From: Hydrurus foetidus
Lineage: Eukaryota
Direction of reading: 5' to 3'
DNA length: 64,000 nt
Assembly (NCBI GenBank): GCA_900617105.1
Contig: UYFQ01000154.1
Span: forward strand, 1-64,000
The notes below the pieces were generated by a model. That model had not been told where the DNA came from. It saw only the letters and a list, made by a program, of their open reading frames with translations, and searched no databases. Below are positions 1 to 32,232 of the stretch, one piece after another (position 1 is the first letter of the stretch; each line of letters begins with the position of its first letter). The position numbers and the translations under genes were made by a program.

Positions 1-273
1 TGTAGTCGCGGCCGGATTCGAGTACGAAGAATCCGGGTAAAGACGGTATGCTGGAGTAAACTGTTAGGTTAGTTACAGTTTGTGAAAGAAGCGAGCAAGC
101 AGCTAACAACAGACACAAACGATAGGCTACAAGGGTGCTGATGCTGATGAGCGTCCGTTACCGGTGGACAGTTGATGTGGATGAAAATAGACTATGGGTG
201 CGTGAATTATATACATACGTGAATATATACAAACGTATACGAAGTGTACGGTGAACGTACGTGCTAGGCTACA
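1..273 (-). repeat. 3' LTR (273 bp)
   Basis: TGTAG...CTACA termini. Identical to 5907-6179 except CG at 240-241 versus TA at 6146-6147. Confidence 0.97.
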
Positions 274-289
274 CTACTCCTTCCTCCTT
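274..289 (-). promoter_or_regulatory. Polypurine tract (PPT)
   Basis: Minus strand reads AAGGAGGAAGGAGTAG immediately before the 3' LTR. Confidence 0.9.
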
Positions 290-605
290 AAAATTTAAGT
301 TAAGTGAAAGAAAATGAATATGAGTGAAAATACATGTGGTAACGTATAGCTCATTTGAAAAAGGTGCCACTTCAAATTATTCAGGGATCCCATACGCCTA
401 TCTATCGTCAAAGATTTGGTAGTATGTGTGGATATGAAAATCAAAATGTTGTCGACACGATTTTCATCGGCGGCACTCCTTAGAGTCGGGGTATAATATC
501 TAAACAATTATGTCAGACTCTTACTGACTAAAAACTCCCAAAAAGAATGTTGACCGACAACAAACAAAAAATAGGGTTGAAATCCATCATGGATATTGTT
601 TAGTA

Positions 606-3600
606 TTATATATTTGTATCTACAACGTTTGTAAACTTTCTAGGTATTAAACGTTGAAGATTGTTAGATGTCAAGTATTCGTGTAATTTTTCGGTATCAC
701 GAAGATTGGCATAGGATGTCCATGAATTGTGTTCATCGGCATAACCTAACCATTTGACAAGGAATTCTAACGAAGTTTTGCGTTGTAAGTCACCACGATG
801 TTCAAGGATATTTTCAATATAAAATTCCATATAATCATGACGAGCAACGTCTAATGGTTCAACACGTAGTGGATCAAAAAAAAGGTTTCATATCTGAAAC
901 ATGATATTCTTTTTCGACATGAGAGATAAGATCATAAAGGGTAAACCTTGAGTTTGATCCGGAAATAACTCTCATAGGACCACGCCAGAACGTATGAAGA
1001 CGTGTAGGCGGGTGACCTGTACGGTAATGTACCAATACATACGTTCCGGGTTGGAAATCCGTATGTTGTAATTGTTTTTATGTGTCATATGAAGTAAGTC
1101 AGTGCGAAGAAGCTCTTTAGCAGCTGCTTTTCTAAGACTATCTTGTGTCTTGAGAAGGTTACTCATATAGACTGACATAGATTTCTTTGAAGGAGGAACT
1201 TCGTCAATTGGACGGAACATACCACGATCAAGATTAACACAGTTACCAAACAGTAATTGTGCAGAAGATATCTTTAAACGATCACTATGATTTGAATTAA
1301 TTATTCTCATAACGAAAGGTAAAGCTAATTTGTAATCTTCTAATGAAGTGTTGTCGTATGTGAGTGATCGGATGTGACGGTTAATCTCTTTGTTCATACG
1401 TTCAACAATAGCATTTTCCTCCTTAGAGTAAGCTAATGTTAAACAGTGTCGAGTACCAACAAACGATAAAAACTCACGTATTACGTCAGCAATAAAGTGG
1501 GGACCGTTATCTGATCTTAACTGATGAGGTGCTCCGAAACGACCAAAATGTTGTATTAGACATTGGGCGGCGGATAGTGCAGTTGAATCAGTAGTATGAT
1601 ACAATTCAGTCCAACGAGTGAATGTATCAATGATAACGAGGATATGTCCTCCGTCAGGAAATGGACCGACAAAGTCGATGTTTAAACATTCCATAGGGTA
1701 ATACGACGAAGTCGTAAAAGGATGAGCATGAATAGGTATTTTAATCATACTCATCTTTTGACATTGTGGGCAAAAGTCAATGAAATATCTAACATGATTT
1801 TCCATGAATTCCCACTTATGTTGATTTGCTTTCAATCGTTTCATAGTTCTGGCTAGTCCAAAATGACCAACCATAGAATTGTGAACTGATGATATAGCAT
1901 TGTATTGCATATCGGTGAGTTGAATTTTCGGAATAATAGCTGCTGCAAGAATCATATCTGCAGAGTATTCCTTAGGTGAGTCGATCATATTGTTACGACA
2001 TAGTCGAGACATAGAGTCGGCGATATCATTATCAACACCTTTAATAAATTCAATTTTATATGTATACTCTGAGAGTGCTACATACCACCGAACAATCATT
2101 GGATTAGAATTGTTATATATGTATAACAGATTTCTATGATCCGTTCGAATTGTAAATAATCTATCACGTAAAAGTGATTGTAGAAAAATACAAGAATAGT
2201 AAATTGCATAAGCTTCCTTTTGAATAGTGGACCAACGAAGTTGAGACCCAGAAAGAGATTTGCTTACAAATGCAACCGGATAGTCCTTTCCATCAATAGT
2301 CTGGAAGAGGTAACCACCGATACCATAATCAGATGCATCAGTGTGCAACGTGATTGGTGCAGTATCACTAATGAAATGAATGGTAGTACATTTCGATACT
2401 TGTTCCTTTATTTCATTAAAAGCAGAAGTTGCTTCTGGTGTCCATACTATCCGTTTTGTTCTTTGATAATTTGTAAGTAACGCATGTAACGGTCTTACTA
2501 TCGTAGACTGATTTCTGATGAAATCACGGAAATAGTTTACCAATCCAAGAAAACTTTTAAGTTGTTTGGATACAGTAGGACAAGGAAAATCCAAAACTAA
2601 TTGGATTTTACTCTGGGACATTCTAAGTCCCTCTTGTGATATAACCTTACCAACAAATTTTAAATCGGCATAGCCAAGATAACATTTGGATGGTTTAAGG
2701 ATCATTTTATGGAGACGAACGCGAGAAAAGAATTCTCGCAGTCGTGCAACAAAGTTGTCAGGACTGTTTCCAAAAATGTTAACGTCATCGATATAAATTT
2801 CTAAAATTCTATAAAGTAACGTATTTAACACTTCAGTAGCAATCATCTCTTGAAAATAAGAAGGTGCTTGCTTTAGACCAAAAGGTAGTCTAGTAAACTG
2901 ATAGACACCACTATATAATATAAACGAAGTATATTTTTTAGTAGCGAGTGTTAATGCGGCTTGATGGTATGCTTGAGCAAAATCCACCGTGCCAAAGATC
3001 GTCGGTTTCTGAGAACCGATTCTCTGTAACATTTCCGTTATGTTCGGTACGGGCCAAGAGGCATGTTCCGTACATTCGTTCAAGTTACGGTAATCTATAA
3101 CGAATCTTTTAGATCCGTCAGCCTTAGTTACTAAAAATCCTTGGCTATAATAAGCCGCCGTGGATTTCTCAATAATACCCTGCTCAATGAGGATATTTAA
3201 TTGTCTAGTAATCTCCTTCTGATTGGCTGCTGATTGAGGTCTAGGTGGTTGTCTATTTTTAGAGACACGCCACTTAGGGTCCTGAACAACCAGATCAAAA
3301 GGAGGAATAGAAGCAGGCTGAGATGAAAGTGTATTTGAAAAGATATCTCTGTATTCAATACAGAGTAGTCTAATCAACTCCTGAAGTTCAGGAGTACCCG
3401 ATATGTTAATCAGGGATACTGGGTCAACCGGTTCCGGATTGGTATCCGGTAACCAAGGTGAAAAGGTACTAGCCTCATGTTCACCGATTTCATCATCATC
3501 TGGCATAGCCAGTTGAGATGTATTCTCGGATTGAATGACGAGAGAAGCTAGTAGACCTGATACAATAACCCTTTGGGGTGTTACTGAGGTCGCTGCCCTG

Positions 3601-5805
3601 TGCACTATATTAGTCGATGCTAATTGACTAGGCAACTCGAGGAATATTTGTGATTCCCGAATTGTCACTCGTCCGATCACAACATCGACTGAAGACTTGT
3701 TTAAAATAATTGCTTTGAAATTTAAAAAAGTATTTTTATTTAAACGTTCAGAAAAGTAAGTCATTTTCAAATTTATAGACTTAGAAATGTTATAACATTT
3801 TCCATCTAAGGCTGAACAAACAGTCAGTGTCTTGTCGAAAATAATAAATTCTTCTAAATGAAAATTCTTAATTACACGCATGGCAACAAAATTGCCGGCG
3901 AGCGATCCCGTATCGATCAGCACTTGGACTTCATTTCTTGGCTGGCTGGGCTGTGACACATAGGTGACAGTAGCAGTTAGAAAGTCGGCTGACGAAAGGT
4001 TCGTAAGAGCTCCCAATATGGAAGAAGGAATAACAACATCAGTGAAACTAATAGTTGATGATAACTTACTTGTCTTCTTTAAGCTCTTTTGCTTAGTGAC
4101 CGGCTTAGACGGACCCTCCGGTACAGCCGAGGCTGACGCGGTAGCAGTAGAAGAAGAGGAAGAAGAGGAGGTGGTAGGCACGTACGCTCCTCTTGCAACC
4201 AATGCATCAGGGTAATCCTTTTTCAGTTTCTTAAATGCATTGCTATCAGCATATGCACTGTCAGAAGAATTGAAGTAGGGTGATGCAGTAAATCTACACA
4301 CAGAGATAGTGTGATTAGATCTTCCACAACCAACACAGACCTGTACGGTGCGAGTGGTTGAGGGATTCGAAGACTTTGCAGTCTTCGCGGACTTAGCACG
4401 TGGTTTGATGGTGTCCTCATCAGGCTCAGCAGCGCGTTTGGAGATAGGCTTATCTTTAGAACGCGTAGCTGGGCCTGGAGTAACCTCATAACCAGCAGCC
4501 CGAAGCTCGTTAGCTGAGTTTCTGAGAGTAGTCAGTTGCGTCCACCAAACGAATCGAAAATCTTTCAAATCGTTGATTGGAACAGTCTCACCGTTCACCT
4601 TGCGGCGTAAGATGAGCTGCCAATTGACGGGGTGGGTAGGCAACTGACGCTCTAGAATCTTAACAGCCTTAAGCTGTTCCTCAGCAGTAGTGCTGGGGAA
4701 ATTTGCTACCAATGCACCAAGGGCAGTATCGTTACAGGAGTCAGTCTCAATGTTGTTCAAATCAAATCTGAAATTGAACGATGAGACTTGCTCGAGGAAC
4801 GATGCCTGACCCAAAGGTGTATCGATGGACTCATCAGGTACTGCCTTGAGGAGTTCTTTGCAGAATCTCTCGGTAGTCCATGACTTCCACTCTTCGCACT
4901 CGTCGCGAATTGCTCTCTCAGTGCAATACTGCCTTTGCAGGAGTGTTACAAGAGATTGCTCGACGTCTAATGGTACCACGTCAAGAAACGTATAGGGGCA
5001 ACCATTCTTGCGAAGGTCGTTGGTGATGCTTAAAACTTCCAGATGAGTTGGAACCTTGCTGAGCTTTCTAACCTTTTCATGAGGTAATAGATAGCGTGCA
5101 GCAAGGTTTGAAACAACAACATCGGTAGTAACACCACCAACGGTAGCAAAAGTTGCAACACTCTGAACATTTCTGTTCATGACATTGCTGTCTGAAGTGA
5201 GCAACAGGGAATCGGTTTGCACCGGGTTTGCAGGCAAAACTGCGGCAGATAACACAGACAGCACAGGCAAAGCAGGCAAAACATCACGCACAATGACAGG
5301 TGTCGGCGTGATGTCGGTGGCGGCGATGGCGGTGATGGCGGTGGTGTCGGCGGTGGCGGCTATCATCGTGGATGATGATGGTGATGGTGCTGGTGGCGAA
5401 GGCGCCGGCTCCAAAAATACTCCATCCACTCGCTGGGGAAGTTGTTGATGTTCAACAGAGACTTCCCCCGCTTGGGATATCGCTAGATCCGCTGTAATAG
5501 CTCCAGATGGAGCGGAAGATGGCTGCAAAAATTTTGCAAGGGGTTTCCCCCTCCCACGCCGGGGCCAAATTCGAGAAGGGGTTAGAGGCGATAGATAGAT
5601 GTGCTGCGACGTCAGTCGCAGCAACAGATGGATCTGGAAGCGAGGGAGGATTCGCCGAGTCGGAATCTCCCGTTGTGCTAGCGTCCATGGTGTCGGCGAC
5701 GATTTCGACGACGGCGTCGGTTGATGGCGCTTCCTGGGAAATCGACAGGGGAGCCGTCGAAACGGCCGATACCCTGGAAAGTCTTCGTCGGTTGCTGGAA
5801 ACCAT
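606..5805 (-). CDS. Gag-Pol-chromodomain polyprotein, interrupted by three apparent frameshifts (about 5520-5555, 1075-1079 and 876-883)
   Basis: Main ORF 972-5624 contains a CCHC knuckle (CVGCGRSNHTISVC), protease LIDTGS, RT YIDD, RNase H TDASDYGIG, integrase HH-CC (HNSMVGH...CPQC) and D-D-E motifs (IDFVGP, SDNG, VERMNK). A shifted frame at about 880-1075 gives the GPY/F-like module (HTFWRGPMRV...YHVSDMKPF). ORF 606-830 is a chromodomain (EFLVKWLGYADEHNSW). The probable start ATG at 5805 is in another frame. Confidence 0.9.
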
Positions 5806-5906
5806 ACTGGTGATCAGTGCCAGATGGTCGTCGGATGTCGGCGGTTGGAAAATCTATCTAGCTCTCCAGTAACGAGAGTTCGTCTAACAACTCTCAATAT
5901 TAATAT

Positions 5907-6179
5907 TGTAGTCGCGGCCGGATTCGAGTACGAAGAATCCGGGTAAAGACGGTATGCTGGAGTAAACTGTTAGGTTAGTTACAGTTTGTGAAAGAAGCGA
6001 GCAAGCAGCTAACAACAGACACAAACGATAGGCTACAAGGGTGCTGATGCTGATGAGCGTCCGTTACCGGTGGACAGTTGATGTGGATGAAAATAGACTA
6101 TGGGTGCGTGAATTATATACATACGTGAATATATACAAACGTATATAAAGTGTACGGTGAACGTACGTGCTAGGCTACA
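5907..6179 (-). repeat. 5' LTR (273 bp)
   Basis: Second LTR copy, upstream of gag on the minus strand, with TATA-like TATATAA in its U3 part. Confidence 0.97.
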
Positions 6180-7300
6180 ATGCATCAGTGAAAGCACAGC
6201 TGGTAAGATTTTCTACCGTTTATAATGGTGAGAGAGGTCAAATTTGTTTTGAAGAACCCATTATCTATCTTAGAGTATTCTACAGGGTGAAAGGATGTCA
6301 GAAAATGAAATCACAGCTCGGCTAGATGATATTTGGAGCGAAACAAACGCATTAATAAGGGAGAGACTCAAATTTGATTTTGAAGAACGCCATTATCTAT
6401 CTTAGAGAATTTACAGGGTGATTTTTGAGTGGATGCATCAGAAAATGAAAGAATCACAGCTCGGCTAGCATCGATATTTGGAGCCTACAGAAACAAACGC
6501 ATTTAATAATCATGAGAGAGGTCAAATTTGATTTTGAAGAACGCCATTATCTATCTTAGAGAATTTACAGGGTGATTTTTGAGTGGATGCATCAGAAAAT
6601 GAAAGAATCACAGCTCGGCTAGCATCGATATTTGGAGCCTACAGAAACAAACGCATTTAATAATGGTGAGAGAGGTCAAATTTGATTTTGAAGAACGCCA
6701 TTATCTATCTTAGAGAATTTACAGGGTGATTTTTGAGTGGATGCATCAGAAAATGAAAGAATCACAGCTCGGCTAGCATCGATATTTGGAGCCTACAGAA
6801 ACAAACGCATTTAATAATGGTGAGAGAGGTCAAATTTGATTTTGAAGAACGCCATTATCTATCTTAGAGTATTTACAGGGTGATTTTTGAGTGGATGCAT
6901 CAGAAAATGAAAGAATCACAGCTCGGCTAGCATCGATATTTGGAGCCTACAGAAACAAACGCATTTAATAATGGTGAGAGAGGTCAAATTTGATTTTGAA
7001 GAACGCCATTATCTATCTTAGAGTATTTACAGGGTGATTTTTGAGTGGATGCATCAGAAAATGAAAGAATCACAGCTCGGCTAGCATCGATATTTGGAGC
7101 CTACAGAAACAAACGCATTTAATAATGGTGAGAGAGGTCAAATTTGATTTTGAAGAACGCCATTATCCCTTAGAGAAGTTACTGATTGGCTGGATGCAAG
7201 CTGGAAGAATTCAGCTCGGCTAGCAGATTTTGGATCCTCAGAAACACATTTAATAATTGATAGAGGTCATTGATTTTGACGATTATCGAGAATTTACAGA
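6180..7300. repeat. 154-bp tandem satellite: about 5 near-identical units (about 6370-7167) with degraded flanks and further remnants at about 7630-7910 and 8140-8170
   Basis: GTCAAATTTGATTTTGAAGAACGCC recurs at 6521, 6675, 6829, 6983 and 7137, giving a period of 154. Confidence 0.95.
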
Positions 7301-7419
7301 TTATGAACTGCATCCCCGTGACAGACAATGTTCAATTGAATGACAGCTGCGAAATTCTCATCGAAATCCGTAGAAAACATCCAGAAATAGCTTTACTACA
7401 GAGAAAGAAAGGACTTCAG

Positions 7420-26924
<19,505 letters not shown>

Positions 26925-27787
26925 AGGAAGCACGACTAAATGTATTAGTGTTACAACTGATATGAATTATAAGTCTGATTTGAAATCTATTGAAGTGTAG
27001 CACGCAAATAATTTTGAGGAGGTACAAATAAGATAAGACTAATAAAGTTGCAATATGTCGCAAGAAATGAATTCTTTTTTTCCCTACAGCATCGGGCATT
27101 GCTTATTATGAAATCCTGGGTTGCATTTATTTGATAATAAATAATATGTGAGGTGATTGTGCAAGTATGTCGAGGTATGCGATATGATTGAATAGAACGT
27201 TCAGATTGTCTCCTCTGTTCTTTCTAATGGAGATTCGATTACAGGAGAAATGATACTCGTACCTTACGTACTAACGATGTCATGTCCGATACGGGCATTG
27301 CTATCTTACACTTGTACAACATGAAGAAATCAATTTGTAGGGCATTTCAACGAATTAAGAGTTCAAATAGAACGCTAATCTGATTTCAGTAGCAGATCAT
27401 CACATTTTATATCTAGTGCTAATTGTCTAATTATTGACTTTATGACTGTTGCACAAACCAAGGGTGCCGTGTCGAAGTGGATGACATACGTTTCACGTTT
27501 CGTATTCCGTCACCCCCCGTAAAAACCCCGAAAACGGGCCCAGGGCCGAAGTGAGGAAAATTTTCCCGCAAAGCTGCGTGCGTGAGCGCCAGCACAGCCA
27601 TTTTTGCTTCAACAGCAATACGATGCCTACCAGAATATATACCGCTGAGTCTACTCCTTTTGTGTTGCATGTTACGTTGCCTACACACGTAACGCACGCC
27701 AACTTTATCTTCTGCATCGCCAAAGCTACCAAGGTTTCGACTCTCTCAGATTTACATATCTCCATACTCTAAAACCTACGCGAGAAA

Positions 27788-30700
27788 ATGAGTCTACCCG
27801 TCGGCCCCATCAACGAGCAGTATCAGACTCCCGCAGGAGCAGGTACGTCACCATCATCGACCACATATTTTGTTACAGATGAAAAGAAAGAATGAGAACT
27901 CCCGAACTCCTTCTGTTTTATACCGACAACTGCCTTCAACGTTTATCAATTGAGTGGGTCGACTAGTTGTTTAACTCCTGAGATCGCATCTCATTCACGA
28001 GAAAAATTCCCACCTCATATTTACGACAAGCATCTGCAGCACAGCCATGAAAATTTGACCAGAATGTAATCGGCCTTGAGTTTATCCTTCATCTGAAATT
28101 CTTATGTCTACTTCACTTCTCTCGTCGCAGGACCAGCACCTCTCAATGTTGCTGAGTATGAGAGATATGCAAAGGACACTCTTTCGAGAAATACCCACGG
28201 GTACTACGCCAGCGGATCCAATGACATGATAACCCTGAGAGAAAATAGAGAGGCTTACTCAAGACTAAGACTGATGCCAAAGATTTTGATCGATGTCAGC
28301 ACCATCAACACCGGTAAAAATAAATAACCCTCTCATGGATATCACAATTTTTGATGATATTCAAGAATTCTTCCAAAGTGACTTTGACAAAGCATGTTCT
28401 ACATTAAACAATCATTGGATATTTTGCTCAATACAATAAGAACGACCAGAAATAACATCACTTTTGTTTCACCCTCAGAAACCACTGTGCTTGGAGAAAA
28501 GGTCGCTTCTCCTATCTGTATTGCTCCTACAGCCATGCAGCGCATGGCACACAATGACGGAGAATGCGCCACGTCAAAGGCCGCAGCCAGGTAACCCATA
28601 CAATTGACTGCATGTGACGCCACATAGAAGTGTAGAGTGCTAGGGTGCTCCGGGTATTGTGGAGATTCAATGTCGATGCGAAACGTAAACAACACAAGAC
28701 GGAAATTATGTGAAATACGAGTGACGTTACGAAGTGCGTTTGCCGGAGCGCTGAATTGCATTTCCTCGAAGTAAATTGGATGAGGTTACGAATTTGAAGT
28801 GGAGTATGTTGCAGTTTTTCGGTGCATTGTTAGACTCGTGAAGTGATACGGAAAGGACAGTTTGCGGACTCGAAGAGACAATCGTATATTATTGAGGTTC
28901 TAAAAAAGGGAAAGTATCACTTCCGCGTAGTGCACACCGCTGAGAGATATTGAAGTTGATGTGAATGACCGAAGATAGTGGTCATCCAACAGACCGCTGA
29001 ACTAACTGTTGCACTGTTACACTCCAATCGCTTACCGCCACGATTATCCCTCTTCTGTTCCCCTCTACAGACACTCTCTCGCACCCGCTTTCATCCCAAT
29101 CACACATCTACTAACTCACACAATACACCTGTAGAACCCCACCGCCACATCCCAAACCACTCAAATACCCCCTCACCCCTTATCCCCCATCCCCCCCTCT
29201 CACAGAAAACACACATTGATGACTCTGTCGTCCTGGTCCACGATCCCTCTCGAAGAAGTGGCCAGTGCAGCCCCAGGGGGATACAGGTGGTTCCAGCTAT
29301 ACGTCTACAAGGTGAGGACAACGCAACAGTACAGAACAGCTGCATCATACATTGCTAACTAAGATAAAGACGAAGTACAGTGAGGCAACATGTGTCTAAA
29401 CTGAACACCATTGAATGTGACTAATGACCAGTGATATGGCTGTCAACTCTGTTCACCATTTTTCTAGGGTCTAGAAACCGTTTTTGTAAAAGCTGCTTAT
29501 TGTGAAGCTCATTCAAAGCTTGTGTAGTTTGTATCTCCACCTCCTCTTCCTTTCTCTCCCTCTTTTTCATCTCACCTTAGTTCACGTGTTTACGTCATTC
29601 ACATCGTTAACCCTCCTCATTTGTTCGCCCCTGACCCCTTCCACCCTCCCTCTATCAGGACCGCAAAGTGACTCTCGATCTTGTGCGCCGTGCCGAGAAA
29701 GCCGGGTACAAGGCGTTGGCCGTTACCGTAGACACCCCTGTATTGGGCAGAAGAGAGGCTGACATCAGAAACAAATTCTCCCTACCCGCACATCTCACCA
29801 TGGGTAAGATATTTCACTACATATCATACTACACTACACTCTGCTCTGTAGGCCCATTCATACACTGCGATGCGTGTCATTCAATATCTATCACCTTTCA
29901 TTCCTACAATAAAGGGGGTCTCACAATCATCGTAGCAGTGTATATCAACCTCACACACTCCTCTCCTCTCTCTTGTCACCCTCTCTCTCTCTCGACTTTG
30001 TCTATCTCTCCTCTTCTAACACAATCTCCATCTTCTCTCTCCATTCCAATTCTCTCCTCTTCAAGGTAACTTCATCGGCAAGGGAGGAGCACACGCAGAC
30101 GGAACCAAATCAAGCGGAGATAAGGTAAATACAGAATACAAAGCACAGAATTTTCTGTGTAAAATGAAATTGTAAGCAATGATCATCTTATTGTTCCAAC
30201 CCACGTAATGCCGTATGATATCATGTGATCAAACACTCCGTCTCGCTGAACTCCTTCACCATATTCCATCATGTCTCCAAAATTCACAACTCCATTAATT
30301 CATGTCTCCTTACTCTTATCTGAACTCCACTCCACTCCATCGACTTGGTTGCCATGCAGGGCTCTGGATTAGCCTCATACGTGGCCAGTCTGATCGACAC
30401 CACCCTCACATGGAACGACATTGCGTGGCTCAGGTACAGAGAAGAACAGTGTATTGTGACGCGGTGTAGTGTAGTGTAGTGCTACACGGCATGATTTACT
30501 GCTTTTCCACTGCCTCTGAATTATCCAATCCCTCTTCCATACCTTTCCCCTATCTGACATCACCTCACACGGCGTCAATCACATTAGTCCGCACAATCCT
30601 CCCAGAAATCTCACCTCCATTAATGTCCACCAACCACATCAAAACACCACCACTAACAACAACACAGAAAAAACACCACAATGAAGATTGTAGTGAAGGG

Positions 30701-32232
30701 CGTAATGACTGTCGAGGATGCCCTCGCCTCCGTGAAGCATGGGGTGGACGGCATCTGGGTGTCAAACCACGGAGCAAGACAGCTAGACACCACACCAGCC
30801 ACCATCGAGGTATAGATAACACTTATTAATTTATTGATTGCTGTGCCTCATCTCTTCTAAGCGTCCTCACACCGCTGAGGGGAATAACTGGTCGCCATGT
30901 ATTGTCAGTATTACGATTTCTAACATCCCATGCCACGCATTCCTCCCTCTCGTTGCAACTACATATTCGTGCTCTCTCGTGCTGAGTGCTGATTTAGTAC
31001 CGCCTCATGTTGCGAGTCTCGCATTGAGTTATCTCACTGGTCTCTTTCGCCAACACGCCGTGTGACATCATCTCGCTGCCTCTCTGTCTCTCTGAAGTCA
31101 TTCTACTGCTAATCTACCACACCGCTACATCAACCACCCTAAACAAACCTACCCCCCTTCTAACCCCATCCCCTTCACTCTCAATCCTTCAGGTGCTTCC
31201 TGATATTTGCCGCGCTGTGGCCGGTCGTGTGGAGGTGTACGTGGACGGAGGCATCACAAGAGGCACTGACGTCATCAAGGCACTCGCACTAGGAGCCAAG
31301 GCAGTGTTCATCGGCAGACCAGTGCTCTGGTAAGCACGAGTGATGTAGTGTGATAAAGACTGGAATGGCATGAGCTGTTGTGCATTGTATAGTGGTGTAA
31401 TGGAGTGCTGTGAATTGTGACTGTTGAGATTTGTGGGGGAGTTATGATGAAGTTGTCAGTGTAATATTCGCCACTAACTAATCAGCCTGACAACGCAACA
31501 CTCAAGAATCAAACTGATCATCCCTTTCCTTCTCTTTCCTGTATCTTCCTCTGACTCCCTCAGGGGTCTGGCCCACTCCGGGGAGGAGGGCGTGTTCAAC
31601 GTGCTGCAGCTGCTCAACGACGAGCTGGCTCTGGCCATGAAACTCATGGGCGCCACCACCATAGCGGTGAGTTAGTCAGTTAACGCCACAGGGCATACGT
31701 CAGTCAGCCACGTGTGTGTATGTCTATACAAGCTACTGCAAGTTGTTTTTTGAAGTCTTGGCGCATAAGGACATCAATCAGCAATACGTAGAAGCGGGCA
31801 GTGTGTTTCGCTTCGTTGCACTGCACCATACCACACAACACTGCAGAACATCAGATCACATATACCACACAGCACTGCAGAACATCAGACCACATAGTCA
31901 TATCCTGCACGCACACAACGCAACATTTTATTCCATTATACCCAAGTGCACTACAGCACATTGCACTTGCAAGTCAACACGGCAATGCAGATGTCGCATC
32001 TTGGCCTATTTCATATCTTCTCCCCTCACCTAGTCCAATCTGTTCCTCCATTCATACCCTTCTCACTCACCCATTTTTTGTATTCCTGCTTTCGAACTTA
32101 ATTCTTAACCCTTACCTCTCACCCACTCATTTACTCATTCTCATTCCTCTCTGTTTGTAATTCTCGTTTACGCTACAGGACATCAAGGCGAGTCACGTAC
32201 GTACAGCCCTGTCGTTCCAGAGCAGACTGTGA
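27788..32232 (+). CDS. Peroxisomal (S)-2-hydroxy-acid oxidase / glycolate oxidase (FMN-dependent), multi-exon
   Basis: Spliced motifs: [128 protein letters not shown]. The C-terminal SRL* is a PTS1 signal. Confidence 0.95.

Larger units (their letters stand above)
1..6179 (-). mobile_element. Full-length Ty3/Gypsy LTR retrotransposon, chromodomain-bearing (chromovirus)
   Basis: Direct repeats at 1-273 and 5907-6179 with TGTAG...CTACA termini. The internal minus-strand polyprotein has the order Gag-PR-RT-RH-IN-chromodomain, and a polypurine tract lies next to the 3' LTR. The TSD cannot be checked because the window starts at the LTR edge. Confidence 0.97.

Noticed and set aside
123..131. Internal copy of the LTR terminus (TAGGCTACA) as a nested or shorter LTR
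   Set aside because: It is only 9 bp and there is no other sign of a second element.
5540..5551. GGGAAAC as a classical -1 slippery site in gag
   Set aside because: Joining the upstream ORF to the polyprotein needs a +1 shift, not -1.
6370..7167. 154-bp array as a CRISPR-like or protein-coding repeat
   Set aside because: The units are identical end to end with no unique spacers, the period is not a multiple of 3, stops are frequent, and there are no cas-like genes.
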